Program-made: the position numbers and the translations under genes | The notes under the pieces: model-generated | The model's database searches: none | What the model was told of the DNA's origin: nothing | The model's input: only the letters and a program-made list of their open reading frames with translations | Part shown: one piece after another, positions 1-11,300 of the stretch | Position numbering within the stretch: the stretch's first letter is position 1 | Layout of the letters: the number at the start of each line of letters is the position of its first letter | Assembly (NCBI GenBank): GCA_003557725.1 | Contig: PWNQ01000041.1 | Span: forward strand, 8,481 to 72,480 | From: Bacteroidales bacterium | GTDB lineage: Bacteria; Bacteroidota; Bacteroidia; Bacteroidales; PWNQ01 | Length of the DNA: 64,000 bases | Direction: 5' to 3'

Positions 1-2
1 TG

Positions 3-965
3 TCCATTGTAAACCCCAACGACCTTTACCAAATAGCACAGGCTATTCGCGACGCTATTTATATGCCCGTTCACGAGCAAATAAAGAGAAATACCCCGGT
101 TATTAAAAGACTGAAAAGGTATAATGTGGAGCACTGGGCCAATGACTTTATGAAGGTATGGCAGGAAGTGAAAAGCATGCAAGAAGCCAAGCGTACCTGG
201 GAGGTTAACGCTCATATTACAGATCAGATAAGCCAGTCATTTGTGGGCGCCCGGGACCGGCTGCTTATGCTTGACTACGACGGAACTCTGGTGCCCTTTT
301 ATGAAGACCCCGATGATGCTGTTCCGGAAGAGCATATCAGGCAGCTTATTGAAAAAATAAGCAATATCCCCAACACCCGGGTTTATATAATCAGCGGGAG
401 GAATAAGGATTTTTTAGAGCGTATTTTTGAAAATACCGGCACAGGCCTAGTGGCTGAACATGGAGTATGGATCAGGAATTCGGGCCATAAGTGGGATAAG
501 GTGCAGGAATACAGTAATGCATGGAAGAAGGAGATTTCGGATATCCTTCAGATATATGCTGACCGCACCCCAGGGTCATTTATTGAGGAAAAGCACCACT
601 CTTTGACCTGGCATTACCGGCGGGCCGACCCTGATCTGGGAAATAAGCGGGCGTGGGAGCTTAATGACGAGCTGAGAGACCTGTGCAGTAATCTGAATTT
701 GGAAGTGCTGGAAGGGAAAAAAGTGCTGGAAGTGAAACAAATGGGAATAAATAAGGGGACGGCGGCCCAGCGGTTGATGAAGCATTATAAAAGCCAGTTT
801 GTACTGGCAGTGGGGGACGACTGGACCGATGAATACATGTTCAGGGCAATAGGCCATAACGGCGTTACCGTGAAAGTGGGACTGGAACACTCCGATGCGG
901 ATTACTACCTTGATACCAGTGAAAAGGTGCCGGACTTTCTAAAGAAGATTGTTCGCCAGGGCTGA
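3..965 (+). CDS. Bifunctional trehalose-6-phosphate synthase/phosphatase, C-terminal part (5' end outside window)
   Basis: Frame is open from base 3 (SIVNPND..., end of the GT20 synthase domain). HAD phosphatase motifs LDYDGTL, ISGR, GINKG and VGDDWTDE follow. Confidence 0.9.
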   Translation, partial: SIVNPNDLYQIAQAIRDAIYMPVHEQIKRNTPVIKRLKRYNVEHWANDFMKVWQEVKSMQEAKRTWEVNAHITDQISQSFVGARDRLLMLDYDGTLVPFYEDPDDAVPEEHIRQLIEKISNIPNTRVYIISGRNKDFLERIFENTGTGLVAEHGVWIRNSGHKWDKVQEYSNAWKKEISDILQIYADRTPGSFIEEKHHSLTWHYRRADPDLGNKRAWELNDELRDLCSNLNLEVLEGKKVLEVKQMGINKGTAAQRLMKHYKSQFVLAVGDDWTDEYMFRAIGHNGVTVKVGLEHSDADYYLDTSEKVPDFLKKIVRQG

Positions 966-1041
966 TTTTTTGTATTTTCGCCGGGCAGGAAGGGGTATGT
1001 ATTTTTACCTGCTCCATAGAGTAAATTTGAGGATATACTAT

Positions 1042-1083
1042 TGAGTCCAGTCTAAAAAGGTCACATTTGATTCTTCAGCGGCT
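1042..1083. repeat. Left-end fragment of the MITE-like element at 12357
   Basis: TGAGTCCAGTCTAAAAAGGTCACATTTGATTCTTCAGCGGCT closely matches 12356-12396 TGAGTCCAGTCTAAAAAGGTTACTTTTGATTTTCAGCGGCT. Confidence 0.85.
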
Positions 1084-1135
1084 CCGATTAATTAGTATTT
1101 TTAAACCGGACGCAATAGTATTTAACAACGGGCCC

Positions 1136-2662
1136 ATGAAGATGGTTTTTGGAATTTGGTTTTTGCTTCTTTCTTTGCTTTTATTTGCCCGGGGCGATGA
1201 CCCTTTAAGGGTGGAGTTTCCCGCTTCGGGCAGGAGTGAAGGCTACCATCTCATACTTGCCGGCCAGCAGGGCTTTATTGTTTTGCGTAAAGAGGGAGGA
1301 AGCGATAACAACAATACAGTTTGGAGGGTGTTTGGCTACTCTCCCTTTTTGGAACAGCGATGGGAGGACTCATTGGAGCTCCCGGAAGACCTGGAGCTGG
1401 CGGCAAAGGATTACCACCAGGGCGTGGCAGGCTTAGTTTTTCTACATAGCAGTAACCGGGGCTCCAGCCTTCGGGAGGTGTGGGTGGAAATGAGACAGGG
1501 GGTTGTGGGACAGTATGGATTTCATGTGGAGGAACCACTTATCATCAGGGATTATAAAACCGCCGGGCAACAAAGCTTCCTTCTGGCACAGCAGGAAAGT
1601 GATTCCCGCGGGGTGATTGGTCGCATTTTTCAATCAGGAAAGGATGATGACCGGCAGTTGAAAGTTATTCGTCTGGACCGGAAAGCACGGAAACACGAAT
1701 ATATATGCGACCACATTAAGATGGGGATGCGCCCCTCGCGAATGGATGTTTTTCATTACGAACAAACCATTGACGTCTATACGGTGCATGCACCCCCGGA
1801 GGGCCATCACCAAATTTACATGCATTCATTCTCCATGAGTGGTGAGATTATGAATATCCGCCGGATTGCCATATCAGAGGGGAAAAGTGTAGTAGATGTT
1901 GCCGTTACTTCCAGGGACAGTATGCGCTTTATTGCCGCAACAGTGAGTGGAGTAATAAACAGATATAATCGCTATGAGGACTATACCGACGGAATATTCT
2001 TCTGCTCCATAACACATAACGGAGAAATCAATGCCAGGTTATATACCTTGTCTAATATTACTTCCTTTTACCGGAAAGCACACGCAGAAATGTTTCAGTT
2101 TTTTCCCGGCAGGAGAGACTCCCCCGGGTCGGCAGGATACCCTTTGCAGATCCACCCCGTGCTCAAAGGTCGTGAAAATGAAATGATCTTATTGGCAGAA
2201 GCCTATTATCCGGAATACCTTACTCAAATTTACTATGATGCATATGGCATGTCACGAACCCGGCGTGTCTTTAACGGCTATAAATACACCCATGCCCTGG
2301 CACTGGCATTTAATGATGAAGCAGGCCTGTTGTGGCATGAGGCAATGGAAATCAGAGATATAAAGACATATAGCCGGAAAATAAGAACGGATATCATTTC
2401 CGATGGCACTCAGGCCGGAATTATTTATAGCCTGAATAATAAATTGCGTTATCAGATTGTTTCCAATGGAAAGGCAATCGGAGACGTGGGTTCAGCATCA
2501 CTGCCCCTTAAATACCGCAACGATATGGTGAAACGGTCCAGAGATAACCAGGTTGTGGTCTGGCATGGAGATTATTTGTTAGCATATGGATATCAAGATA
2601 TTGAAAATCGATCTGAGGGAAACAGAAGCGTATTTTTTGTACAAAAGATCGCCTTTCACTAA
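1136..2662 (+). CDS. Secreted hypothetical protein (beta-rich)
   Basis: Long ORF with a hydrophobic signal peptide after ATG 1136 (MKMVFGIWFLLLSLLLFARG). No catalytic motif recognised. Confidence 0.7.
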   Translation: MKMVFGIWFLLLSLLLFARGDDPLRVEFPASGRSEGYHLILAGQQGFIVLRKEGGSDNNNTVWRVFGYSPFLEQRWEDSLELPEDLELAAKDYHQGVAGLVFLHSSNRGSSLREVWVEMRQGVVGQYGFHVEEPLIIRDYKTAGQQSFLLAQQESDSRGVIGRIFQSGKDDDRQLKVIRLDRKARKHEYICDHIKMGMRPSRMDVFHYEQTIDVYTVHAPPEGHHQIYMHSFSMSGEIMNIRRIAISEGKSVVDVAVTSRDSMRFIAATVSGVINRYNRYEDYTDGIFFCSITHNGEINARLYTLSNITSFYRKAHAEMFQFFPGRRDSPGSAGYPLQIHPVLKGRENEMILLAEAYYPEYLTQIYYDAYGMSRTRRVFNGYKYTHALALAFNDEAGLLWHEAMEIRDIKTYSRKIRTDIISDGTQAGIIYSLNNKLRYQIVSNGKAIGDVGSASLPLKYRNDMVKRSRDNQVVVWHGDYLLAYGYQDIENRSEGNRSVFFVQKIAFH

Positions 2663-2720
2663 GTATAAAAACCCGGGAGCATAAAACCCCCGGAAAAAAT
2701 AGGTAATTTTGGCAGCGTTT

Positions 2721-5075
2721 ATGAAGAATAAGTGGTATATATACATAGCATCCATTTTGATGGTCCCATTCATAATGGGGTCTTGCAATAATGCACGCCG
2801 GCTCCCTGAAGGGTCCTGGTTGCTTACTAATAATGATGTGCGCGTCCATAATGAACACCTGGACCCTGATGCCAGAGTAGACCGCCATATCAGGCAAAAG
2901 CCCAACCGGACCACTTTGGGCTTTATACGGTGGCACCTGACTCTGTATACCCTGGGAGAGGGAATGAAAAGAGACACACGGGTAAAAAACTGGCTGATGG
3001 AAAGTGTTGGGGAGTCACCCGTAGTTCTGGATACAGCCATGGCAGATCATTCTACCCGCCAAATGGAATACTATCTGGAAAATATAGGTTTTTTTGACGC
3101 TAATGTGGAGTATTCGGTTGATTATAACAACAATAATAAAGCCACGGTAATATATCATATATATGGTAACAGGCCTTATCGGATTAGAGAAGTTACCTAT
3201 CTTGCCGAAGACACTTTATTGTTGCCGGTGATCAAAGAGACCATGGAAAACACCCTCCTGGAACCGGGAAGCGTATTTGATACCGACCGTTTTGATAAGG
3301 AGCGTAATCGCATTACCGGCTATCTCCGTAATAACGGATACTATTATTTCAATAAGAATTTTATTACCTTTCGGGTGGATTCAACCATGAAAGGCAGGAA
3401 TCTGGATGTTCAGCTCCAGGTCAATAACAGGGTATTCAGGTCACAGTTGGATAATGACAGCCTTATACCATTGCCACACCGGAAATATACGGTGGGCAAG
3501 GTGTATGTGTATCCCGAATATGATCCATTGAAAGATGAAGAGTTGGTTTATGATACATTGATTATTAGTACATCAAAAGGGGATTATCACTTTTTATTCA
3601 CGGATGACCTTCCTTACAAGCCCAATTTTTTGACCCGGTTTATCTTTGTCAGGCCCGGGGAGTATTATAATCTGGAGGACGTTCAAATGACCAACAGTCG
3701 GCTGGCCTCTTTAAGGCAGTTTCGTTATGTCAATGTGGCTTTTAGCGAGCGAAATACCCAAATGAGGCCGTGGCACAGAGACACTTTACCTCATGTGTTG
3801 GATTGCCATATCCGGCTTACAAGATCAGAACCACAGCATTATACCATTGAATGGTTGGGGAAAAATACGGCCAGGGATCTGGGAACGGAATTTAGTCTTA
3901 CCTATGGCAACAGTAACCTGTTCCGGGGGGCGGAGTTGTTCAATGTGAGTGCAAACCTTTCTGCTGAGATGCAGCAAATTATGGGGGAAATGGATAGCAG
4001 GCTTATTGGCGACCTGCTCCCTTTTAACACCCTGGAGCTGGGGGGAAATGCTACCCTGGAGCTGCCAAAGTTTCTTATTCCCGTCGACCAAAGCAGGTTG
4101 CCACACTATTTTAAACCTCGTACCACCCTGTTTGCAGGATATAGCTACCGGGAAAGGCCCGATTACCGGAGGCATCTGTTTAATGTTTCTTTCGGATACC
4201 GGTGGGATGAGTCGCAAACCAAACAGCATCAACTCACCCCTATAGACATCAGCGCCATTAAGCTACATCCGGACGCCGCCTTTCAGGAGCGACTGGAGAG
4301 TATCGATAATCAAAGACTTACAGCGGCATATCAGGACCATCTCATCGTTGGCATGAAGTATACATTCTTGCTAAATACCCAGGCTCAGCGAAGTAACTAT
4401 CCTGACTTTTGGTTCCTTAGAGCCAATGCAGAGTTGGCGGGAAACACCCTGCACCTTGCCAGGTCGTCCCTGGGGGGAGAGAAAAATGAAGAAGGAAGTT
4501 ATGAGGTTTTTAATATCCGATATGCTCAGTATTTTAGAGTTGATCTGGACTTCCGGTATCACTACCGTTTAAATGATTATAGCACTGTGGCAACCCGTTT
4601 TGCTGTTGGAGCAGGGTTTCCCTATGGGAACCTTAATGTGCTCCCTTTTGAAAAAGGGTTCTTTGTGGGAGGGGCTAATGGGATCAGGGCATGGCCCGTG
4701 AGATCACTGGGCCCCGGTGCCTACAGCGGAGCGGGGACTTTTATGGACCGAATCGGTGACCTGAGCCTGGAGACAAGCCTGGAGTACCGATATCCCATTT
4801 ATAACTTCTTTCATGGAGCACTATTCCTGGATGCGGGAAATATCTGGCTGAAAGATAAAAATGAAGACTTTCCTCTGGGGCACTTCCAGGCCCAGCGCTT
4901 TTTTAAACAACTGGCAGTGGGAACCGGAACAGGAGTGAGGCTGGACTTCTCCTTCTTTGTGATCCGGGTGGATATGGGAGTGAAAATGATTGACCCCGCT
5001 CAACCGGAGGGACAGAGATGGGTGCTGGGGGACTTTAATACCAACTTTAACTTTGGGATCGGATACCCATTTTAA
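2721..5075 (+). CDS. BamA/TamA-family (TamL-like) outer membrane lipoprotein with POTRA domains
   Basis: Lipobox MGSC, POTRA-like GFFDA/GYYY segments, GGANGIRAW loop motif, C-terminal FNFGIGYPF. TAATTTTG box at 2704 favours ATG 2721. Confidence 0.9.
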   Translation: MKNKWYIYIASILMVPFIMGSCNNARRLPEGSWLLTNNDVRVHNEHLDPDARVDRHIRQKPNRTTLGFIRWHLTLYTLGEGMKRDTRVKNWLMESVGESPVVLDTAMADHSTRQMEYYLENIGFFDANVEYSVDYNNNNKATVIYHIYGNRPYRIREVTYLAEDTLLLPVIKETMENTLLEPGSVFDTDRFDKERNRITGYLRNNGYYYFNKNFITFRVDSTMKGRNLDVQLQVNNRVFRSQLDNDSLIPLPHRKYTVGKVYVYPEYDPLKDEELVYDTLIISTSKGDYHFLFTDDLPYKPNFLTRFIFVRPGEYYNLEDVQMTNSRLASLRQFRYVNVAFSERNTQMRPWHRDTLPHVLDCHIRLTRSEPQHYTIEWLGKNTARDLGTEFSLTYGNSNLFRGAELFNVSANLSAEMQQIMGEMDSRLIGDLLPFNTLELGGNATLELPKFLIPVDQSRLPHYFKPRTTLFAGYSYRERPDYRRHLFNVSFGYRWDESQTKQHQLTPIDISAIKLHPDAAFQERLESIDNQRLTAAYQDHLIVGMKYTFLLNTQAQRSNYPDFWFLRANAELAGNTLHLARSSLGGEKNEEGSYEVFNIRYAQYFRVDLDFRYHYRLNDYSTVATRFAVGAGFPYGNLNVLPFEKGFFVGGANGIRAWPVRSLGPGAYSGAGTFMDRIGDLSLETSLEYRYPIYNFFHGALFLDAGNIWLKDKNEDFPLGHFQAQRFFKQLAVGTGTGVRLDFSFFVIRVDMGVKMIDPAQPEGQRWVLGDFNTNFNFGIGYPF

Positions 5076-5092
5076 TTTTCCGGGAGGTTATT

Positions 5093-6529
5093 GTGAACAG
5101 TGAAAAATTTAATATCTGCTTTCTTCGTTCTTACCCCTATGAGCCTACTCAGGATCAGGTAAAGGCCATATACATTCTATCCCGTTTTATTTTTACGCTC
5201 AGGGAGCGGCCGCTTTTTGTTCTTAAAGGGTATGCGGGAACGGGTAAAACGTCTATAGTCAGTACATTGGTTAAGGTTCTCCCTGTAGCCGGGCAGAAAT
5301 CCGTTTTGCTGGCACCTACAGGAAGGGCTGCTAAAGTGCTAAGCAGCTACTCCGGAAAGCCGGCAACCACTATTCATAAACGAATCTATTATACTGCACC
5401 AACCCCCGAGGGAGGGATGCAGGTAAGCCTTCAGGTCAACCGCTTTAAAGACACTATCTTTGTAGTGGACGAGGCATCCATGATCCATGATAACAGCCAT
5501 GAATCCGGCGGCTTTGAGGGAAGGAGTCTGCTGGATGACCTTATCCGCTTTGTTTATAATGGACCAAATTGCAAGCTGGTCCTTATCGGCGACGAAGCCC
5601 AGTTGCCTCCGGTAGGGGCAGAGCTTAGCCCTGCCCTGGATATGGAATGGCTTAAACGATCCTTTTCACTCACCGCATGAATGGCACAAATGAGGAATGT
5701 GGTCAGGCAGGCGAAGGAGTCGGGAATACTTATGAATGCTACCGGGTTGAGAGAAAAACTGGAGAACCAGGACGTGGAACTGCCCCTGTTTAACACACAA
5801 AACTATACCGATATTGAACGCGTACCCGGGTATGACCTGCAAGAAGTAATGGAGCAAGCATTTAACTCCCCGGACATGGCCAATGACGCAGTGATGATCA
5901 CCCGGTCCAACAAACGGGCCAATCGCTTTAACCAGGAAATTAGAACCCGAATTTTGTTCCGGGAAGAGCAAATTGATGCCGGCGACCGGCTAATGGTGGT
6001 GAAAAATAATTACTTTTGGCTGCAAGGACATGAGCAAGAGGAAGCTGGATTTATTGCCAACGGGGATATGATCCAGGTACTGAAAATTAACGGATACGAT
6101 ATGCATGCCGGATTCCGGTATGTGAATGCGGTTATACAAATGCTGGATTATCCCGCAATTAAGCCCTTTAATGTGATTATGCTTACAGATACCCTGGATT
6201 CACCGTCGGCAGCACTAACCCGGGAGCAGCAACTGGAGCGGTATAATGCCTTTATGGATGACCTGGACTATATACAATCCAAAGGGGAAAAAAGAAAAGT
6301 GCTCCGAAAAAACCCTATGTATAACGCCTTGCAAGTAAAGTTTGGCTATGCTTTAACTTGTCACAAAACACAGGGTGGACAGTGGAAGCATGTTTTTGTA
6401 GACCAGGGGTATATCACGGAAGATGCATTGGACCAAAATTACCTGAGGTGGTTGTATACGGCGGTGACACGGGCTACGGAAAAATTGTATCTGGTTAATT
6501 TCCGGGATGAGTTTTTTCCTGATGAATGA
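5093..6529 (+). pseudogene. RecD-like SF1B ATP-dependent DNA helicase interrupted by one in-frame TGA (5678-5680)
   Basis: Walker A GYAGTGKT, LAPTGRAA, DEASM and GDEAQLPPV lie before the stop. VVRQ, YALTCHKTQG and LYTAVTRA lie after it in the same frame. Confidence 0.8.
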
Positions 6530-7001
6530 GAACGGTCGCTTGTGCATGCATCCCTTCCTCACGTCCGATGAATCCTATTTGCTCTCCTGTTTTGGCTTTA
6601 ATATTGATCTGTTGGGGTGAGATCTTCAAATGACCTGCCAGGATATCCACCATATGGGGGATATGAGGAGCCAGCTTTGGCCTTTGGGCATGAATTGTAC
6701 AGTCCAGGTTTACGATGGAAAAGCCTGCGTGGTGCAACAGCGACATAACGGCTTGCATCATCACCGTGCTTTTTACATTTTTCCACCGGGGGTTGGTATC
6801 GGGGAAGTGTGTGCCGATATCTCCTTTTCCCATGGCCCCCAGCAAGGCGTCAATGATGGCATGAATGAGAATGTCTCCGTCGGAGTGGGCCTGGAATCCC
6901 TTGCTGTGACGGATGGTAACGCCGCCAATAACCAGAGGCAGCCCAGGCCGCAGCCGGTGAGTATCTGATCCAGTGCCGATACGCATCATAAGGGTGTTCA
7001 T
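6495..7001 (-). CDS. ispF: 2-C-methyl-D-erythritol 2,4-cyclodiphosphate synthase
   Basis: RIGTGSDTH, HSDGD, GDIGTHFPD, KAKTGE motifs. ATG overlaps the porV stop (TAATG). Confidence 0.95.
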   Translation of the reverse strand: MNTLMMRIGTGSDTHRLRPGLPLVIGGVTIRHSKGFQAHSDGDILIHAIIDALLGAMGKGDIGTHFPDTNPRWKNVKSTVMMQAVMSLLHHAGFSIVNLDCTIHAQRPKLAPHIPHMVDILAGHLKISPQQINIKAKTGEQIGFIGREEGMHAQATVLIHQEKTHPGN

Positions 7002-8197
7002 TAGCCTTCCCGTTGTTGGTTGGCAAACGCTTCAAAATCAAAAAGCATGGAAAAGCGAAGCGTGTTTTCCATGGGGTTACGTTGTTCTACAGGAACCAGA
7101 TAGGAGAAATCAATGCCAAACACATTATATTTAAAGCCAACGCCCAGAGTAAAATATTTCCGGTTTCCTTTGGTTTGGTGTTCATGAAAGTATCCTCCCC
7201 GGATGGCAAATTGCTGGTCGTACCAATATTCTACCCCTAACGATGCCGTAACCTCCCGGATCTCTTCTTCCAGTCCTCCCGGGGCATCCGAGAAAGAACC
7301 CAGCATTCCTGCTACCACTCCCCGGTCAGGGTCCTGCCCGCTCACTATAAAGTATTGGCCTGTGGCGGTATCATGGCCATATATGGGGGGTGTGGGAACC
7401 AGCAACTTGTTGAAATCAGCCATTACACTAATAGTGTTATGGCGGTCCAGTTCGGTGGTATATGCTGCACCTATGCGCATATTAATAGGGATAAAATCCC
7501 GTTCCAGAGTTTCCGAGTATGATATTTTGGCTCCAATGTTGGAGATATTCATGCCAAAGGCCAGCAGGCCACTACGATCAAAGATGTCCACATTGTCCTG
7601 GTAGTATACGGCAACATCGGCAGCTACCGATTGGCCCACTTGTGTTTCTGCTCCACCCACATATTGGCCGCTGGTGAGGTTGGAGTTGATGTAACGAACC
7701 GCAACGGCACCGCTCCAGTTTTCTGAGAACAAACGGGCATACGCCGCATCCAGAGCAAACTCACTGGGACGGTATTGACCGATATTTTCACCTACCCGGT
7801 TGGTAAAAGTGATCTCTCCAAGGGAAAAGTAGCGCAATGACATGGATAGCGTTTGCATATTATCCAAACGATAATATCCTGCCAGGTAAGAAAGGTTGAT
7901 GTCATCCACCAGGTTTCGCAACCAGGGGCTATACGATAATGAGATGCCCATTTCATCCTCCACAAATGCGTACTTTGCCGGGTTCCAGTGCTGGGAATTG
8001 GCATCCGGGGTGGAAGCTACCCCCGCATCTCCCATGGAGCCCGCGCGGGAATCGGGCGCAATCATTAAAAAGGGAACCGCTGTAGTGATGGTGTTGATAT
8101 TGTCTTCTTGTCCCAGGATTTGTCCAATAGTCTGGCCATATAATACTGAGGGTGCAGCCAGAGCGATTGACAGGATGGTAATGAGGGCTCTTTTCAT
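7001..8197 (-). CDS. porV: T9SS outer membrane shuttle protein PorV
   Basis: ITTAVPFLMIAPDSRAGSMGDAG, WNPAKY, HQTKGNRKYFTLG and NTLRFS motifs; porU-porV-ispF synteny. Confidence 0.93.
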   Translation of the reverse strand: MKRALITILSIALAAPSVLYGQTIGQILGQEDNINTITTAVPFLMIAPDSRAGSMGDAGVASTPDANSQHWNPAKYAFVEDEMGISLSYSPWLRNLVDDINLSYLAGYYRLDNMQTLSMSLRYFSLGEITFTNRVGENIGQYRPSEFALDAAYARLFSENWSGAVAVRYINSNLTSGQYVGGAETQVGQSVAADVAVYYQDNVDIFDRSGLLAFGMNISNIGAKISYSETLERDFIPINMRIGAAYTTELDRHNTISVMADFNKLLVPTPPIYGHDTATGQYFIVSGQDPDRGVVAGMLGSFSDAPGGLEEEIREVTASLGVEYWYDQQFAIRGGYFHEHQTKGNRKYFTLGVGFKYNVFGIDFSYLVPVEQRNPMENTLRFSMLFDFEAFANQQREG

Positions 8198-8330
8198 TTT
8201 TGTTGTCTGTTTAAATGCTTAATTGTCAGAAATTAAATAATTTTTCCAAGGGTAAAAAGTGCCATAACAGAATCTTTCATTTATTTATTACCTGACAAAA
8301 AATATTGCTTGCTTTGCTTTTTTTAAAGTG

Positions 8331-8338
8331 CAAAGATA
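8331..8338 (-). promoter_or_regulatory. Bacteroidota primary-sigma -7 box for porV-ispF
   Basis: TATCTTTG(C) on the minus strand in the porU-porV spacer. Confidence 0.65.
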
Positions 8339-8355
8339 ACGCAATTTGCTATTTA

Positions 8356-11300
8356 TTATTGTGATTTATAGATGACCAATTTGCCACTTTGGCTTTTACT
8401 TATTCCTGAATCAGTGCGAATGGTGGCTCTGTATATATACATGCCTCCTTTTACAGGTGTTCCGGAAGCGCTTCGCCCGTTCCACTTTAGGGGGGACACG
8501 GAGTATCCGTCAGGAGCCACATCTGTTTCAAGGGTTTCTATAAGTTGCCCATCCAGGCTGTATATTTCAACCTGGAATGTCACTGTGCTCCGTGCCTGGT
8601 TATGGTCAAAGGTAAACCATACTTCCCCGTCGGAAGGGTTGGGGTAAGCGGTAAGGTTTTTCAGGGCCACCTCTTCAGAGTGTGTTACCACAAACTGGAT
8701 GGTGGCTTCATTGGAGTTATTATAGATATCCCACACCTTGAGGCGAAGTTGATGTTGTCCACGGGGAAGGTTATGAAAAGGGTAGCGGATGGTCCCCCGG
8801 GTAAAGTCATCCAGGTCTGCTTCATAATAGTCATTCAGCACAAACTGTTTCAGGGTGTTATCTTCAAGGATAAGCGTGGCAACAATATCATGGCCTATGC
8901 CACTGCCCACGGCATTGATGCCATGTTCATCAAAAACCCGGGCCAGTAATATGGGGTTTTGGTCGGTAATGCCTCCGGAGATAAAAGAAAAATCGTTCAT
9001 ATATAATTCGATACCTGGACCGGTGGTGTCAACAACGGCACTGTCGCTGGTTCCCCCAACAATGAAGTTATTATAATACCCGTTGGCATCACTCACTCCA
9101 TCCTCAGCATAATAGCTTATGCGCCCGTGACCATAATTATAGGAAATGTCTTTGGGCACAATAAATGAAAAAGTGAACCGGCCATCGGTAACACTGGCCT
9201 TGCCCTTAAAGAGAATATTGTCGTACTGTTCAAATTCAAAAGGGGAGCTGCCGGGGTCCTGTCCCATGGTGGTATGTCTGCTTTTTTTATCATAGACGGT
9301 AGGATAAAGGTAGCCATTAAAGCTGCTGTCAATGCTCCCGTCGTTCCGGGTGATCTTTCCTGAAACGGTAACGTGTGCCAATGCCTTTAAGGTGTCCGTA
9401 ATGCTGGTATCCAGTCCGTTGATGGAAGTGGTGACCACTTTTTTATCCGGGATGGCGATGGGCAGGGCAGGGTTTCCCAGTAAAACATAGTTGCGCAGAC
9501 CGGAAATGGAAGGGGCTTCCGTTTTGGTGAGGCGCATAATGTCCCCCATTCGGAGGTGGCTTCCCTTTTTTCTCCGGAAAAGGTTATTATAAAAGGCATT
9601 GGAAAAATTCATGTTATTGCCGGTGTGGGTAACTCGGGTAGAGGAGATCAGGGTGATGGGTCCGCCACCGGGTTGATGAAATGCAATCTCTCCAGCCGAT
9701 ATACGGGCCGGGTTATCAAAAGGAGAAAACTCGCAGGTGGCAGTAAAAATGATGGGCATGCTGTACGTATTAGACCAGTTGCGAATGTCCTGAATGCGCA
9801 ACACTTCTTCATGGGCCCAGCCCGCCGGCCCGCCATGCCCAAAATAGTGCATTACCAGGGCCCCCCTTTGCATCTGCTCATTTATGGCATTGTTCACGCC
9901 GGGATAACGTTGTCCCCCGGGGGTGGTGACTTGCTGATAGGCATCGAAATAAATCTTTCGCACATTGATCTCCGGCTGGTGGATGTTTAGCTTGTCTGCC
10001 AGTTGCTCTGCAGAAATAACATGAATATTATTGTCTTCATCATCTGCAACCAGGCACACCACATTGCGCCAGTCGGCCAGAGGCTTCTGCAGGGAAGGGT
10101 CCATACGGATATCCGCACTTATGGAAGCAGTATCCATATTCAGATATCGCCTCATCTTGGTGATGGCCTGACGGGCTTGTGATACCGTTCCCGCAGGAAT
10201 ACGCCCAACTCCAATGTCCACGTTCCCACTGGCATTAGAACCCTACCCAGGGGCATATAAACCAAAAAAATCATCCGAAACAAAACTGCCTATGGGGGAA
10301 AGTGAACTGGAAGACTGAAAGGTAAGAATGGTGGCCTTATCATAATTGTTCCGGTTTTTTGGATCATAATTGCCGTCACCCAGCAGCAGCAGATACCCCG
10401 GCATTTCATCCGGAGTGGTAGCACGATCATAAAACATGCGCATGAAATTGCGGATGGCTGAGATATCTTGCTGGCCGGAGGAAAACTCATTGTAAATTTC
10501 TGAAGGAGTAACCACATGTACCACCATGTCGTCCATGTCTCTATGTAAATCAGCAATCTCCTCTGCAGGATCCAGCAGGTCGGGGTGGGTAACGATCACC
10601 ATTTCAGGTTGCGGAAGCCCGTGAAGGTTTTGATTCTTTACAGTGCCTGTATGGTGCGGGCTATGATAGCTGTTTTTATGTGCAATAAACTCCCGAAGGG
10701 TATCTGCAGATGCCACAAAGGAAAAGGTGCTTCCGGATACCTGTCCGTTAATTGCCTCAGGAAGCACCGGATTGGTAATATCCCAAACCTGTAAACCCGG
10801 TGATGCTCCGGAGATGGAGTACTGTGCGATATTGCCATCACCTGTGACTGAAACATCCCGGAACTGAAGTTGTTTGTTATTGAAAAACAGATTTTCACGG
10901 GCGTGAACCTGAATAAAATCCATCCAGCCAACGGCAGAGGGCTGAGGCTTTTGATAAGATACATTCATATTGATACTCCCCGGGCTGAGAGATAGTGAAA
11001 AAGTATCTGTCACACTTTGGGCATAAAGGGAGGTATAAGTATCGGTGATGGAACTAACCAAAAAGGTACGGGTGTTTCCCTGGATATCCACTTTAAAAGC
11101 AGAAGCTTGTGTAGATCTGGCTGCCATGGATACGCGAAACTTTACGGGGTGGGATGGATCCAGATCCGGAAAATAAAAAGGGTAGGCATAACTGGTGATG
11201 ATATCAAATACATCCCCGAAAAAGCGCCGCCCACTATTTAGCAGATTGATGGAATCCTTTTCGTGGAAACGGTAACTGTCATATGTGTGGGTGGTTACAT

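Noticed and set aside
5678..5740. Selenocysteine at the helicase TGA
   Set aside because: The position is not a redox or catalytic Cys site and no convincing SECIS hairpin follows.
5678..10245. Genome-wide stop-codon reassignment explaining the internal TGA and TAG
   Set aside because: Both codons end full-length conserved genes here: TAG for murF, greA and alpha-2-macroglobulin; TGA for leuS, frr and the PorP-family gene.
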